From NCBI RefSeq assembly GCF_963921235.1, contig NC_086097.1:136712001-136776000 (forward strand): a DNA stretch of 64,000 nt, in the 5' to 3' direction. Source of the stretch: Mobula hypostoma (taxonomy: Eukaryota). The notes beneath the pieces were generated by a model. That model ran no database searches, had not been told where the DNA came from, and saw nothing but the letters and a program-made list of their open reading frames with translations. This document shows, in pieces, positions 13,041 through 25,535 of this stretch; the stretch's first letter is position 1, and every line of letters begins with the position of its first letter. The translations under genes and the position numbers were made by a program.

Positions 13041-13637
13041 CCATTTCCAAGGCAAGTGAGCAAAGAGTGCAAGATTTATTGAAGTGTTCACATTCATGTA
13101 CAAAGTAACAATATTGTGCTGAGTAAAAGGTCAATGCTGCCGTCTGCATGAATCGTTCACTGGGTCCTTACAAAAATTAATTATTTACATTTAAACTTGA
13201 GGTTAATGCATTGTTTGAGAATAATGAGATTCCTCACAAGGAAACTCAGCTGTTGTATCCTTCAGACCTGCCAAATCAGCTTCGGAGTTGCCAAAACATG
13301 AACCTCATTGATGCTCAAAAAGCAGTTGGTTTTTCTAAATATATCACTCTCGATTTAAAAACATAACACACTAGTAAGCAAATCCAAACCAATTTACCCG
13401 CCAGTATTTTCTAAATTTGCATCTCTCCTTCATTGTAAATAATTCACACATATGTCCAAAGAGGTTTTGGGAAACTGTTCTATTCAGAATTATGCTCCAT
13501 TTAAACAATCATCTAAACACAATAATTAACTACAATCAAAGTGCACACCTAAAGAATTCATATGTCCATCTTATTCTATTTGTTAGTAACAAAATCCATT
13601 ATGTTTTTTTTTTACAGTTGTCTCCATATTACCAACT

Positions 13638-15121
13638 TGTCATGGTCCGGTCCATGAAATCCGCATTCCGGTTCACAGTCCAGTTCATCGATCCTTATTC
13701 CGCGTTTTCCTGTTTTCCCTTGTTCCATTGGGTGCCTTAATTGAGGCACCTGATTCTCGTTTTGGGCTGGACTGTTCTTTTCCCCTTCCTTCTGAAGCCT
13801 TGCCTGCATCCCCGTCAAGTTCAACCGCCGGAGTGAGACCAGAGCCTTGCCACGCCAAGATAAGGAACTATCTATAGTTGAGTTTGGAACTCCCTCTTTG
13901 TGTCCCCATGTTTAGTGTCTGTGTCAAAGAAGAGTCCCGGCCCTAGGCCCTGTTCCCAAGGAGGGGTCCTGACTCTGTGTAAAGCCCCGGCCCTAAGTCC
14001 TGTTCCCAAGGAGGGGTCCTGGCTCCGTGTCCTGCGTTCCTGTGTTCCAAGTTCCAGGCGCCATGTTCCAGTCCTGTCCAAGTCAAGACTTCGTGTTCGC
14101 ATCCTGTCCATGTGCCTTGTCCAGTCCAGGAGTCTCTCGGCATTCATCCCGGCCCTGTATCCTAGAAAGGGTCCCGGCCCTGCATCCTAGAAAGGGTCCC
14201 AGCCCTGCGCTCCAAGGAGGAGTCCCGACTCCGTACCCAAAAGCCTTACCGAGCCGAGCCTAGCCTAGTCCAAGAGCCAAGTCCTGGCCTGGAGTACCTC
14301 GCCCAGCCCGGTGCTGGAGATTCCTCGTCCTGTGCTGGAGTTCCCTCATCCAGTCCAGGAGTCCCTAGTCCAAGCCACGTCCAAGAACCTCGGCTAGTCC
14401 AAGCCAAGTCCTAGAACCTCATTCTGTCCAAGTCAAGGCTTTGTGCTCTCGTCCTGTCCATGTGCCTTGTCCTGTGCAGGAGTTCCATGTCCTGCCCTGG
14501 AGTACCTCGCCCAGACTGGTGCTGGAGATTCCTTGTCCTGTGCTGGGGTTCCTCGTTCAGTCCAGAAGTCTCTCATCCAGTTCAGGAGTCCCTCGTCTAG
14601 TCCATGCCACGTCTAAGTACCTCGTCTAGTCCAAGCCACATCCAAGTACCTCGTCTAGTCCAAGCCAAGTCCTAGAACCTCATCTTGTCCAAGCCTAGTC
14701 CTAGAACCTCATCTTGTCTAAGCCTAGTCCAAGAACCTCGTCCTGTCTAAGTCAAGGCTTTGTTTCTCGTCCTGTCCATGTGCCTCATGCTGTGCAGGAG
14801 TTCCACGTCCAGTCCTGTAGCCACGTCTTGTCTTCACCTAGATCCGGGGTCTGAGCCCCAGTCAAGACCCAGGTTCCGGGTCCCTGTCCAGTCTCTGGCT
14901 CGGAGACCTAGCCCAGGCTCCTAGTTCCAAGTCCTGGTCCCACTTTCCTAGTCTTAGTCCTAGCCTAGGCCCGGAGTCCTTGTCTCATCCAGGGCCTGTG
15001 TCCATGTCCAGTGTCGTTTTTTCCTGACTCCCCTTGCTTTCTTGATAAACCCTGTTCTGTTCCTAGTACTTCAGTGTCTGTGACTTGCATTTGGGTCCAC
15101 TCCCAACACCCACTCATGACA
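13638..15121 (+). mobile_element. Probable solo LTR (Gypsy-like) with internal tandem repeat arrays
   Basis: Termini TGTCATG...CATGACA; composition differs sharply from the AT-rich flanks; internal ~25-30 nt repeats; 3' GATAAA then GCATTTGGGTCC. No clear TSD. Confidence 0.7.
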
Positions 15122-16011
15122 TAATATGGTAATATTAGACGAATAATTGGCTCCATATGTAGATATGTTCATATCCAGGAGCAAGGCATTTATTTACAAT
15201 CAAACAGATGTTCTCACAGCAAGGAATAAACTTATTTCCTCCCCTTCTTTGCATGACATCCGCATGTACAGTAACATCGTAGATTTAGACAAGATTTAAG
15301 TACTGTTTATTTTGGGATTTGTTAAACCACATTGCTACCAAGGGCCATTATAATACAGACATGCCCCACATTAAAGGTGAGGTGAAAACAGTCTGCTATC
15401 ATGATTTTCCATAATGTGAAGCATATACATGTCAAAAAACTTGAGATTAAAAAAATTACATTTAAGAGAGCAATTGATTATCTCTGTTAATGACTTGATG
15501 AAAAGGCATTAGATGTTAGGTATCTGGAATGAGCTGTCAGATATAGTGGTTGAAGCAGGCACATTAGCAATGTTTAAAAGCTGTCTCGACAAGTACATGG
15601 ATATATAAAGTTTAGAGAACTATGGGCCAAGCGTGGGCAGATGAGTCTAGCTCAGCAATCAGCATGGGCAAGTTAGGCCAAAGAACCTGTCTGCATATAG
15701 TAACAATGCATGACTCTATGACAAGATATTCACTGCAGACCCAAGTAAGTAACGGGAGGTTCAGCGGATGCAAGAACAATCTTCTGCTGGTCGTATGATA
15801 TTCAGGTGCAATCTCCAATCACTGGTTGAATTCAGAATAAGTTAAACAGAAAATGTTTCTCAGTGACAGATGATTTGATAAAAAGTTATAACTTGAAATG
15901 CTAGATGTAGCCACAAATTGTGAATTATCAGAGGGATCTAGATTATTGAGATACATATCTTCCTACTTCCATTGGAAAATCCAAAGTTTTGTGTGTCTCT
16001 GATTGGTAATG

Positions 16012-16300
16012 GGGCAGTATGGCAGTGTAGTGGTTAACACAGCGCTTTACAGTACCAGCAACACGGGTTCAATTCCTGCCACTGCTTGTAAGGAGATTGT
16101 ACATTCTCCATGTGGCCATGTGGGTTCCCTCTAGGTGCCCTGGTTACCTCCCACAGTCCAAAGTCATACCTGTTGGTAGGTTAATTGATCATTGTAAATT
16201 GTCCTGTGATTAGGTTGGAATTAAATCGGGAGATTACTGGGCAACACAACTCAAAAGGCCAGTGGGGCCTATTCCATGCTGTGTCTCAATATAAATAAAT
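16012..16300 (+). mobile_element. tRNA-derived V-SINE/HE1-like SINE
   Basis: A-box-like GGCAGTGTAGTGGTTA, B-box GGTTCAATTCC, V-domain-like TGTACATTCTCC...GGTTACCTCCCACAGTCCAAAG, AATAAA tail. Confidence 0.8.
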
Positions 16301-16323
16301 TAATTATCATAAACATATCTTAC

Positions 16324-16417
16324 CTTCTTTTCTGTCTGATCCGCTCAAGATTTTCATAGTTTTGAAGAACACTTCTCTCAGGCCACTGTGAGGGGCTTAG
16401 GTTTGAGTTATTTCTTT
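16324..16417 (-). CDS. MTBP: MTBP coding exon (~exon 15), RNNSNLSPSQWPERSVLQNYENLERIRQKR(R)
   Basis: tttccatccag acceptor, AG|gtaaga donor, 94 nt. WPER.VLQN.E motif. Confidence 0.92.
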
Positions 16418-18304
16418 CTGGATGGAAAATAAACATGAATATTCATATAATCTAAATTAGTCTAATAGAACCACATGTATGCTCTGTTGAGTGGAAAAGG
16501 AACAGGAGTGGAGGAGTACTTTAAGATCCCATGAAATCCTTGCTAATTCACAAAATATAAAGTTAGGAAGAACTCTATGACTTACAAGAGTAATTTCATC
16601 GCAGGCTAAATTGTCATTAGAATAAAATGTGAACTCTTTCCTGCCTGACTAGATGTGTGTTTCATAGCATTTTCTGATTTTATTTCGATAGTAATTCACT
16701 TGAGTACATTTGTATTAGATTGTGGTGTCACTTTGGGAGTCTCACCAATAGAACAATGAGCAACGGGAGGCACATTCTAAATGGGAATTTGACCACAGCC
16801 ATCTGGAGGAAAGTGAAGAAAAGATAATGCTTTCTTTCAAGTAAATAAATGACTGAAAGAAATCATTTCAAAATCCTTGCCTTCAGCCACAACACTCCAC
16901 AGCAGTCTAAACTCCACAATTTGACACTTAAATGGAAGTATTTTTATTAGACTTGATACTGAATAGAATTTTGACATGTTACTAGTTTTCCTCTTCCTCT
17001 CTCTCCCAGTTCCAAGTAGCAGATCTGCTAAATTCATTTTTAAAAAGTACATAATTAACTAAAATCCATAAATAAATTAATTGTAAAACACTACATTTGA
17101 CCAAATTATGAAATATATATAATGCATTGTTTTGTATTTAGTAAGCTAGATCATTTGCTGCAAATTATAACTGTTAGATTTCATTTCGTAGTTCATTAAT
17201 TTTAAACTCCACAAATTAGAAAATTTATACATCAATGCCCTAATACATGGAAATAGAGACAGACTGCCTGCAAAAACTTACTTGCTTAAGGGAAAGAACT
17301 GTTTTGTTAGTACAATGACTTGGAAGTGTGATAGGGGAAGACGACCATTAGGATTGAAGCATTACACTTTGATCCTTTAGATGGGAGAGAAGACAGGTAA
17401 AGGCCCAAAGATTTTTTAGCAAGTGATCTATGGGAATGATTTTCTGTAAGTTACACAAATAATGGTCAGTAAGAAGGGTTTCGAAATCATGAATATTCAA
17501 AAAACGAGGGTAAAGGTCTGGACAAAATTGTATAGTCGGTATGGGTTGGGGCAATGGACAGATCTTCATTTGTGGACAACACAAATGAAATAATATTCAA
17601 CCACAAATATGTTTAATCTTTCCTTGAATTATAAGGAAAAGCTGTGCTACTTATATTTTAATCTATTTTGCTACATTTAAAATTTGCTAATTAAAAGATG
17701 AGAAGCAAGAATGTGGGATGCATCAGCCCATTGCAAGTTCAGTGACAAATAATAGTTCTGAATAAAAATTCACCATTAGACACAATTCAGGCATAAATGT
17801 TATATTTATATATGAGAAGGTCATTTAGAATTGCTAGATTTGAAGATCAGTATTTTTTTTCTGAATATGTCTTCACAAAAAAATGGTTTTGATCCAAATG
17901 ACTTCTTTTTTGTTATCTGCAATTCTTTTTCTTTCACTATCTCCAATTTAGTTTTACCATTCTTCAAAGAGATTTTGTATGTCAGTTTTAATCTTCAAGA
18001 ACTTGAGATCTCTTCACTTTCTCTTTGTACTTTTCTGGCCTTATCTAATTAATTATTCTGAGTGTTTTTTTATGTTTCACTGCACAAGATGCAGTGAAGT
18101 CTTCAACTTCTCGTTGAAAGTAAATACCACATTTATTTGTGAATGGTAATAACTTCTGAAACCCAGTGCTTGTTTTGATTGTTTTAAGTGCAATACAATG
18201 TTCTTAAACAAAATAAAAAGAAAAGGGTATTGTTTGCTTGAAACTGATTTCTATTACATTGCTGAATCCTAGGCACAAACTCCGTGACTCGTTCACATGG
18301 ATAC

Positions 18305-19698
18305 TTGCAGAAAGATGGTGGCATGCACAGCCGCAGTGGCCACTCTGGGTCCAAAGGTGTATTTGTTTGTCTTACATGTCTTTTTTAGGATCGCAAATCA
18401 CTGTTGGATACTAAGAACATCAAGTACTGCAGAACTATTCCATCAGCAAGTTGTTCAATAATGAAGGAGCTGGACTTATTGCGTAAAATTATGCTGTTGC
18501 TTGATGGCAGCGCGTGCGGCCACTTCAGTGGTGATGTCTGTTATCTGTCAAGTAGGGGACCGTGCACAATCCTGATTTGATGGAGACAGATGTGAGAGTA
18601 TGGAGGAACATCTGGAAAACTTCTGAAATGCCCGCTTCGCTGCCGCTGCTACTGTGTGGTAACGGGAATCTCCGGAGCAGAAGGCCCCGATATCCTCAGC
18701 TTTGTGTGTTTCAGCAGCCGGGGCGAGGTTGAAGGCGCTCGGCAGAGGATGGCGCTCGGGAGGCTGTATCGGAGCAGCTGGTCGGAAACTCGAAGTTTTC
18801 GGACGGATGGACTCAGTGTCGACTGTGGTTGACTGCTTCCAAGGCATCGGCAAGTTGACGGTGCCTGGAGGTCTATGGCAGGGAGTTTCTCCCTTTTGCC
18901 GCCTGCTATCGGGGACTCGGGAGTCGATCGACTCGGGAACTTTTGAGACTTTATTTACTGTGCCCATGGTTTGTTCTTCATCAAATTATGGTATTGCTTT
19001 GCACTGCTGTAACTATATGTTATAATTATGTGGTTCTGTCAGTGTTAGTCTTTGGTTTGTCCTGTTTTCTGTGATATCACTCCGGAGAAACATTGTATCA
19101 TTTCTCAACGCATGTATGCATTTCTAAATCACAATAAAAGAGGACTGAGTGTTCTCATAATCTACTGTTGGACGGTCCTCAGTGTGAGTGATTGTGTTGG
19201 ACATTTTTATTGTGATCACAAAACCCTGTTAGACTTTGGTAAATGCTGAATACTGCAAGTCCAATTCACTGGTTCTTTGGTGTGATCTACAGTGGGAGAG
19301 CTGCGTTGCCTTGGTTGTGGCGAGGTCTAAGCCGAGGCTGCAAGGATGCCCAGGTGATGTGGGAGAGCCCCTGTGGGGCATGCTGGAATCTGCACTTGGG
19401 TTGGGGCTGGCCCCTCCCATTGGTGCTGCCCTCCAGTATTCGCTCGGTGGAAGAACAAGCTGGACGAGGATAACTTACCATCAGTTCTACAGCCATATCA
19501 CTCACGGACTTGCGCTAAATTACATTTTTTTGTTCTTTGTGACTGTAGGTTTTTCTGAAATCGTAACCAGATGTGCTATGTGCAGTATGCTGTGGGCTGC
19601 TGGTAATGTGTTGTGCACCTTTATCCTGGAGGAACACTGTTTTGTTTGGCTATATTCAGGGACGGTTGAATGATAATTAAATTTGAACTTGAACTTAG
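18305..19698 (+). mobile_element. Non-autonomous retroelement with (TTGAAC) tail, containing a nested insertion (~18500-19165)
   Basis: Outer element resembles 53150-53880 (-) and 58380-58965 (+). The inner CpG-rich element ends CAATAAAAGAGGACTGAGTGTTCTCATAATCTA, matching the reverse complement of 46520-46580. Confidence 0.6.
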
Positions 19699-20590
19699 AC
19701 ATCACACTTGGAATATAGCATTGAGAACAGCCACTGAATGGCAAAGCAGGAGGCCTAATCTTCGTCCTATTTTCTCTGCGTCATGTACTTACCATCCTCA
19801 AGCAGATATCTCCAAATAACATTTTATTTTCTTCTGTAAAGAAAGGGAATCTGATACAAAAGCTTGAAAGCATGCACCACCAGGCTCAAGGACTGCTTTT
19901 ATCCTGCTGTTATCAGATGCTTAAACAGAGCTCTCATATGTGAATTCCTAATCTCACAATCTGCCGCACACTTCACATTTTATTTGCTTTTTTACCGCCT
20001 GTTACGCCGCTGGCACTCAGGGCAGCATTCTTCGTTGTTGTTTCCGTAATGATTTTTTTTGCACTAGTTAGGGTTGTTAGCCCTGAACTGAACCCCCAAA
20101 CTTAAGAGGCCTGGTGAACCACTCTTAATCTGGCCTCTACTTTTTGACCTATTTGGCATGGGTGAACCTACCAAGAATCAAAACACAAGGCCCTACTCCA
20201 GCCTACGTAGTTCTCCAGGTCATTAAGGCGCACAAGCCTCCAAACTCCACGACAAGGTTGTGGTCCTCTTGGAGAATTTTATTTGTTTACCCGTCAGCTT
20301 ACATGATGGCTGCAGCACTATATCATGCATTCTGCTTTCCTCTGTTGTATCACCATTATTTGTAAAGAAACACATCAACTATACCTTTACTTTACTTTTT
20401 ATGCTACAAAATCATTTAATAGTACCATGGGCATTTGTTTATTTTTTGAATATGCAAAGGCAAATTCTCTTTGAACAGATTAACAGTTCTGCTCTTCTCT
20501 TTCTCCAAAGCAACCACTCCCCACCTCCAGACCCTCCAAACACTGCAAAACCACCAACTGCCAGGTTAACTTCCACACAACGTGTCTTAC

Positions 20591-20755
20591 CAATACGCTT
20601 GACAGCTTCCTGTTGGTTCTGACATGCGCTGCCTGAATTAGCACATGGCAGGTTGCTGCCAGATTGCATAAAATACTGTTCTCTTGCCAAAGTTAACAAG
20701 GCCTTCAGCTCATTGACGGGAATGGATGAATAATTTTGATTGAGCTGCTTTATTT
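20591..20755 (-). CDS. MTBP: MTBP coding exon (~exon 14), IKQLNQNYSSIPVNELKALLTLAREQYFMQSGSNLPCANSGSACQNQQEAVKRI(E)
   Basis: ccttcacag acceptor, G|gtaaga donor, 165 nt. ELK.LL.L.R motif. Confidence 0.88.
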
Positions 20756-21147
20756 CTGTGAAGGTAATATAAAAAGCAATTATAAGACAAGGCAAAATAG
20801 CAGATCTTTATTTAATTACTGCATTTTCAATTTACATTTAGAATTGTCTGTATGGAACAAACCCCTTATTTTGGAATTTAGGTGTAGTTACGTGTATACT
20901 TATTATTGTAAATTATATTTGTTACTGTTATGCATTGCAATGAATTGCTGCTGCAAATCAACGAATTTCACGCATATACCAGTGATAGTAAACCTGATTC
21001 TGTTATTCAACTCTTGACAACACAAAACTAGAATCTGAATTTCGATTGCCTTTTGTTTGCAACAGAGGCTGAAATGAAAGTGACACAGTGAGCTGCTAAA
21101 AATGAAGGTATCGTGATTGTTTCCAGGCTTTATATGAGGAAATGAGA

Positions 21148-21170
21148 TTCAGTTCAGTTCAGTTCAGTTC
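21148..21170 (+). repeat. (AGTTC)n microsatellite
   Basis: ttc agttc agttc agttc agttc. Confidence 0.9.
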
Positions 21171-22058
21171 ATAGTATACCTTCACAGTTCAAGGGCATTT
21201 ACAGATGGGCAATAAATGCCAGTATTGCGGGCTATATCTATGCTGAATGAATTAAGGGGGCAGAGCACCTGTAGTCCAGAGCACTTGTACAACAGGAAAG
21301 CCTACAAACTCTCATGCTCAGTCTGCCTGTCTGTCTCTATTGAAGGAGGATAAAATGAAACCCCTCTCATTTCCTCAGCAACTTCCCTGATGCAACAGTA
21401 AACTTCAAGCTGTGAGAAATTTATAAATCACCTATTAGGGCATAGCTACAGTTCAATTCTTGGGGAATGTTGCAGGCTTTGAAGACAGCACTACACTGGA
21501 ACCAAGGATGAGGGAAGTCAGTTATGTAGAGAAATTGCAGAAGGTAGAGTTGCTCTCTTCAGATCAGATAAAGAGAAGGAGAGATTTAATAGTAAAGGTT
21601 TCAAATTATGGAGATTTTTAAAGAGCAAATAACAAAAGCAAAACTATTTCAAGTGGCAAGAGTGCCAGTGACCAGAGGGCATGTAAATTAAAGGGCAGAA
21701 GAACCAAAAGAGATGAAGAGAATGATTTGTTTTTAAATACTTCAGCAAGTTGCAGTTTGGAATATATTGCCAGAGGGTGGTGAAAGAAGATGCATCAGTG
21801 ATTGTAAAAGATAACTTAATAAATACTTGAGAAGGAAAGCAAAGTGGCTGGGAGGGGGCAGAGGTAACAACCAGGAATAAATGAAGAGCAGGATTGATTG
21901 AAGAGGTCTTTTGAGAAGTCAGCACCAGCTTGTAAGTACTGCTTCTTGCATGATTCACCCAATCTAGCTATGTCTAGTAATCTAGAGTGTACACATCCTT
22001 CTTTGCTGGATGATCAGAAGGTTTAGACTCACATTGTGCAATATACAGTAAGACTTAC

Positions 22059-22172
22059 TCAGAAATTCTTTCAAAGCAACTGTTTGAATTTGAGCCAGTT
22101 TCTTCTCTCTGTTTACAAGCTGTTCACCAGTCATGCAAGGCATTGCCCCAAGAATCTCTTCAGCATCACTTC
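22059..22172 (-). CDS. MTBP: MTBP coding exon (~exon 13), SDAEEILGAMPCMTGEQLVNREKKLAQIQTVALKEFL(K)
   Basis: aaatgcag acceptor, A|gtaagt donor, 114 nt. GEQ.V.REK.LA..Q..AL.E motif. Confidence 0.9.
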
Positions 22173-22764
22173 CTGCATTTCAGATCACAGTTCAGTGAAT
22201 GCAACTGCTGCCAGAAGCACATTCTATCTCAATAAGATTATCACATAGTCACTTACTGTTCCATTGATTAGAACACAACTAATTCAGGATTACAGTAGAA
22301 CTTTTAAAAAAGGATCAAAAATAAATTAGGAATTTATTTCTAATTGTGAAGAGCTTGATGAAATTACCATATATTTTTGAAATTTTGTCTGAAAAGTAGA
22401 AATATTAAATTTGCATTAATTATTTTGTGTCTCTGAAATCAAAATAATTCTATATGCTTTGAACCATTAATAGTATAATCATTGACCTTCTAAATGCAGA
22501 AACCGACTTTTAGTTATGTTCTCTCCACTGGTGGCAGAATGCACTATTAACAGTTTCATTTGCAGGACTGCCTAAACCTGTGACCCACACCCTGCCCACC
22601 CCACCCACATTACCTGCAATGTTATTGGCAGCAGGGATATGAGAAGCCCACCGTCTCTATATTCCTCTCCAAGCTACAAAGCACCCTGATCAGGAAAATT
22701 TTTCATTGCGTTCGGTCACGCTCAATCAAAATCCTGCAACTTCCCAGCTTCACCGCACAGAATT

Positions 22765-25535
22765 CACTGTGAGCTTTTAATGGGCATCACAATTACTCAG
22801 GAAGCTACTGTAGTTATTATTGCCTGCATGCTCTGATGAATATGTACAGATCAGCAAGTTCTGACCAATCTTTAACAATTCTAAATACAATGTATTCACT
22901 CCAATAGCCAAAACTTCAGGGAAAACACATTTCTTATTATTGCTCAAAGAAACTTATTATCAAAGTACAATATGTCACCATATACAGCCCTGAGATTTGT
23001 TTTCTTACTGGTGTACTCAATAAATCCAATAACCATAATAGTCAATGAAAGGTCCACAGCCAACAGGATGGACAACAAACTGCAAATACAAAAGAAAAAA
23101 AATAATAATCATAAATCAATAAGCAATAAATATTGAGAACATGAGATGAAGTCAGAGTATAGCTGTGGGAATAGTTCAATGATCAGGCGAGTGAAGTTGA
23201 GTGAAATCCCCTCTGGTTCAAGAGCCTGATGGTCAAGGGGTAATTACTGTTCTTAAACCTGGTGGTGTAGGTCCTGAAACTACTGTACCTTCTTCCTGAT
23301 TACAGCAGCGAGAAGAGAGTATGAGCTGTGTGGTGAGGGTCCCTGATGATAGATGCTACTTTCCTGCAACAACGCTCCATGCAGATGTGCTCAATGGTGG
23401 GGAGGGCTTTACTGGTGTTAGGCTGGGCTAGAACTATTACTGTTTGTAGGATTTTCCATTAAAGGGCATTGGTGTTTCCATACCAGGCTGTGTTGTAGCC
23501 AGTCAATATACTCTCCACTCCACATCTATAGAAGCTTGTCAAAGTTTTAAATGTCATGCTGAATCTTCGCAAACTCCTAAGGAAGTAGAGACACTGTCAT
23601 GCTTTCTTCATAATTGCACTTACGTGCTGGGCCCAGGACAGGTCCTCTGAAATGGTAACACTGAGGCATTTAAAGTTGCTAACCCTCCCCACCTCTGATC
23701 TCCTGATGAGGACAGGCTCATGGACCTCTAGTTTCCCCCTGATATCAATAATCCTCTCCTTGGTCTTGTTGACATTGAGTGAAAAGCTGTTGATATGGCC
23801 AGACTTTCAGTCTTTCTCATATATGCTGATCCATCACATTTGATTCGGCCTATGACATTGGTGTCATAACAAACTTAAATATGCCAATGGAGCCGTGCTC
23901 AGTCACACAGTTAAAGGTATAAAGTGGGAAGAGCAGGGGGCTAAGCAGACAGCCTTGTGGTGCACCTGTGATGATGGAGATTGTTGAAGAGATGTTGTTG
24001 CCAACCTGAACTGACTGGGGTTTGCAAGTGAGGAATCAAAGATCGAATTGCACAAGGAGGTATTACGGCCAAGGTGTTGAAGCTTATTGATTATTTTTGA
24101 GGGGATGATAGTATTGAATGCTGAGCTGAAGTCGATAAAGAGCATCCTGATGTATCGGTATTCGTCTTTGCTGTCCAGCTGTTCCAGGTTTGAGTGAAGA
24201 CCCAATGAAATGGCATTTGCTGTGAACCTGTTGTGCCACTAGGCAATTGGGGTGGGGATTAAAGCCACTTCTGAGGCAGGTGTGGATATGTGTCAGCACC
24301 AACCTCTCAAAACACCTGGTCACTGTGGACGTAAGCGCTACCGGACGATAGTCATTGAGGCAGGTCACCACTCATCAGTATAAATGAAGCCTGTTCAAAG
24401 CAAATGGGTGCCTCAGACTGCTGAACCAAGAGGTAAAAGATCTCAGTGAACACTCCAACCAGTTGATTAGCAGAAGTCTTTAGTACTTGGCCAGGTATCC
24501 CAGCGGGGCCAGATGTTTTCCGTGGGTTCATACTTCTAAACGATGCTCTCATGTTGGCCTCAGAGACTGAAATCATAGGATCATCAGGGGTTGTAGAGTT
24601 CACGATGGTTCCTCCATGTTTTGACAGTCAATGCATGCATAGAAGGCATTGAGCTCATCTGGAAGTGAAGCCCTGTTCTTGCTAATGTGGCTTGATTTTA
24701 CTTCATAAGTAGCAATAGCATTCACAGCTGCTGCACATCCTTCATTGATTCAAGTTTAGTCCAGAACTGCCACTTTGCCCATGAGATGACTTTCTGGAGA
24801 TCGTACTTGGTCGCTGCACTTGGACGGCTCTGATCTGACCCTCAGCATTTTGCAGATCTCATGGTTCATCTGGGGCTTCTGGTTCGGGAAGACACTGAAT
24901 GATTTTGTAGGGACACACTCATCTACGACTCATTCATTAACTTGTTCGTAATTGTTCACTAATTTATAATCGTTATGTTTGTATATTAACGACATTTACT
25001 GAGTTACAGTTAATTTCTGTTCCAAACATTTTTACGAAGCATTTCATTATCCACTGGTGGGAGATTGATTCAGTACACTTAGTTATCTCTCTGCCTAAGG
25101 ACTCCTTTTAACATGGAGGTTCGGATCAACACATCATGGTATGGCACAAACTTCTCTTTTATTCATAATGACCACCTTCATATGCAGCTGTAATGATTTC
25201 TATGTTTAGCTCAGTAAAATAACATTTTACTTGCTTGCATATAACTGAAACATAAGCAATTGTTTGATGCCATTTATATAATGACAGAGGAGAGTATGAA
25301 TTCAATTATGATTTCCTTATGAATAATTTGGCCACATTATGTTTCTGTGTAGAATTTTGCACTGAGTATTCTTTTATAACAGCTCCTAATTTAGTCAAGC
25401 TTTGTAATATAACAAAGTAATTTTGATTTAATTTGTTGAAGAGTAGCCATGAAAGCATTGATATGGTCTGCTTCAGATGTGAAACTCATAACTGCTGTAT
25501 AAATAGTTTACAACTTATTTTTAAAATGGTGCTTA
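22765..25535 (+). repeat. Inverted copy of MTBP intron 45020-45770, split by the Rex1-like LINE
   Basis: 22765-22945 matches revcomp of ~45595-45770; 24950-25535 matches revcomp of ~45020-45595. Confidence 0.88.
22945..24930 (-). mobile_element. Decayed Rex1/Babar-like LINE
   Basis: Remnants [56 protein letters not shown]. Confidence 0.88.

Noticed and set aside
13900..14800. Repeat array that could be mistaken for CRISPR, and its overlapping ORFs
   Set aside because: Degenerate tandem units with no unique spacers, no cas genes, and a vertebrate intron context.
17282..17375. Exon-like segment with a gtaagt donor on the minus strand
   Set aside because: All three frames from the plausible acceptor contain stops, and the MTBP frame is complete without it.
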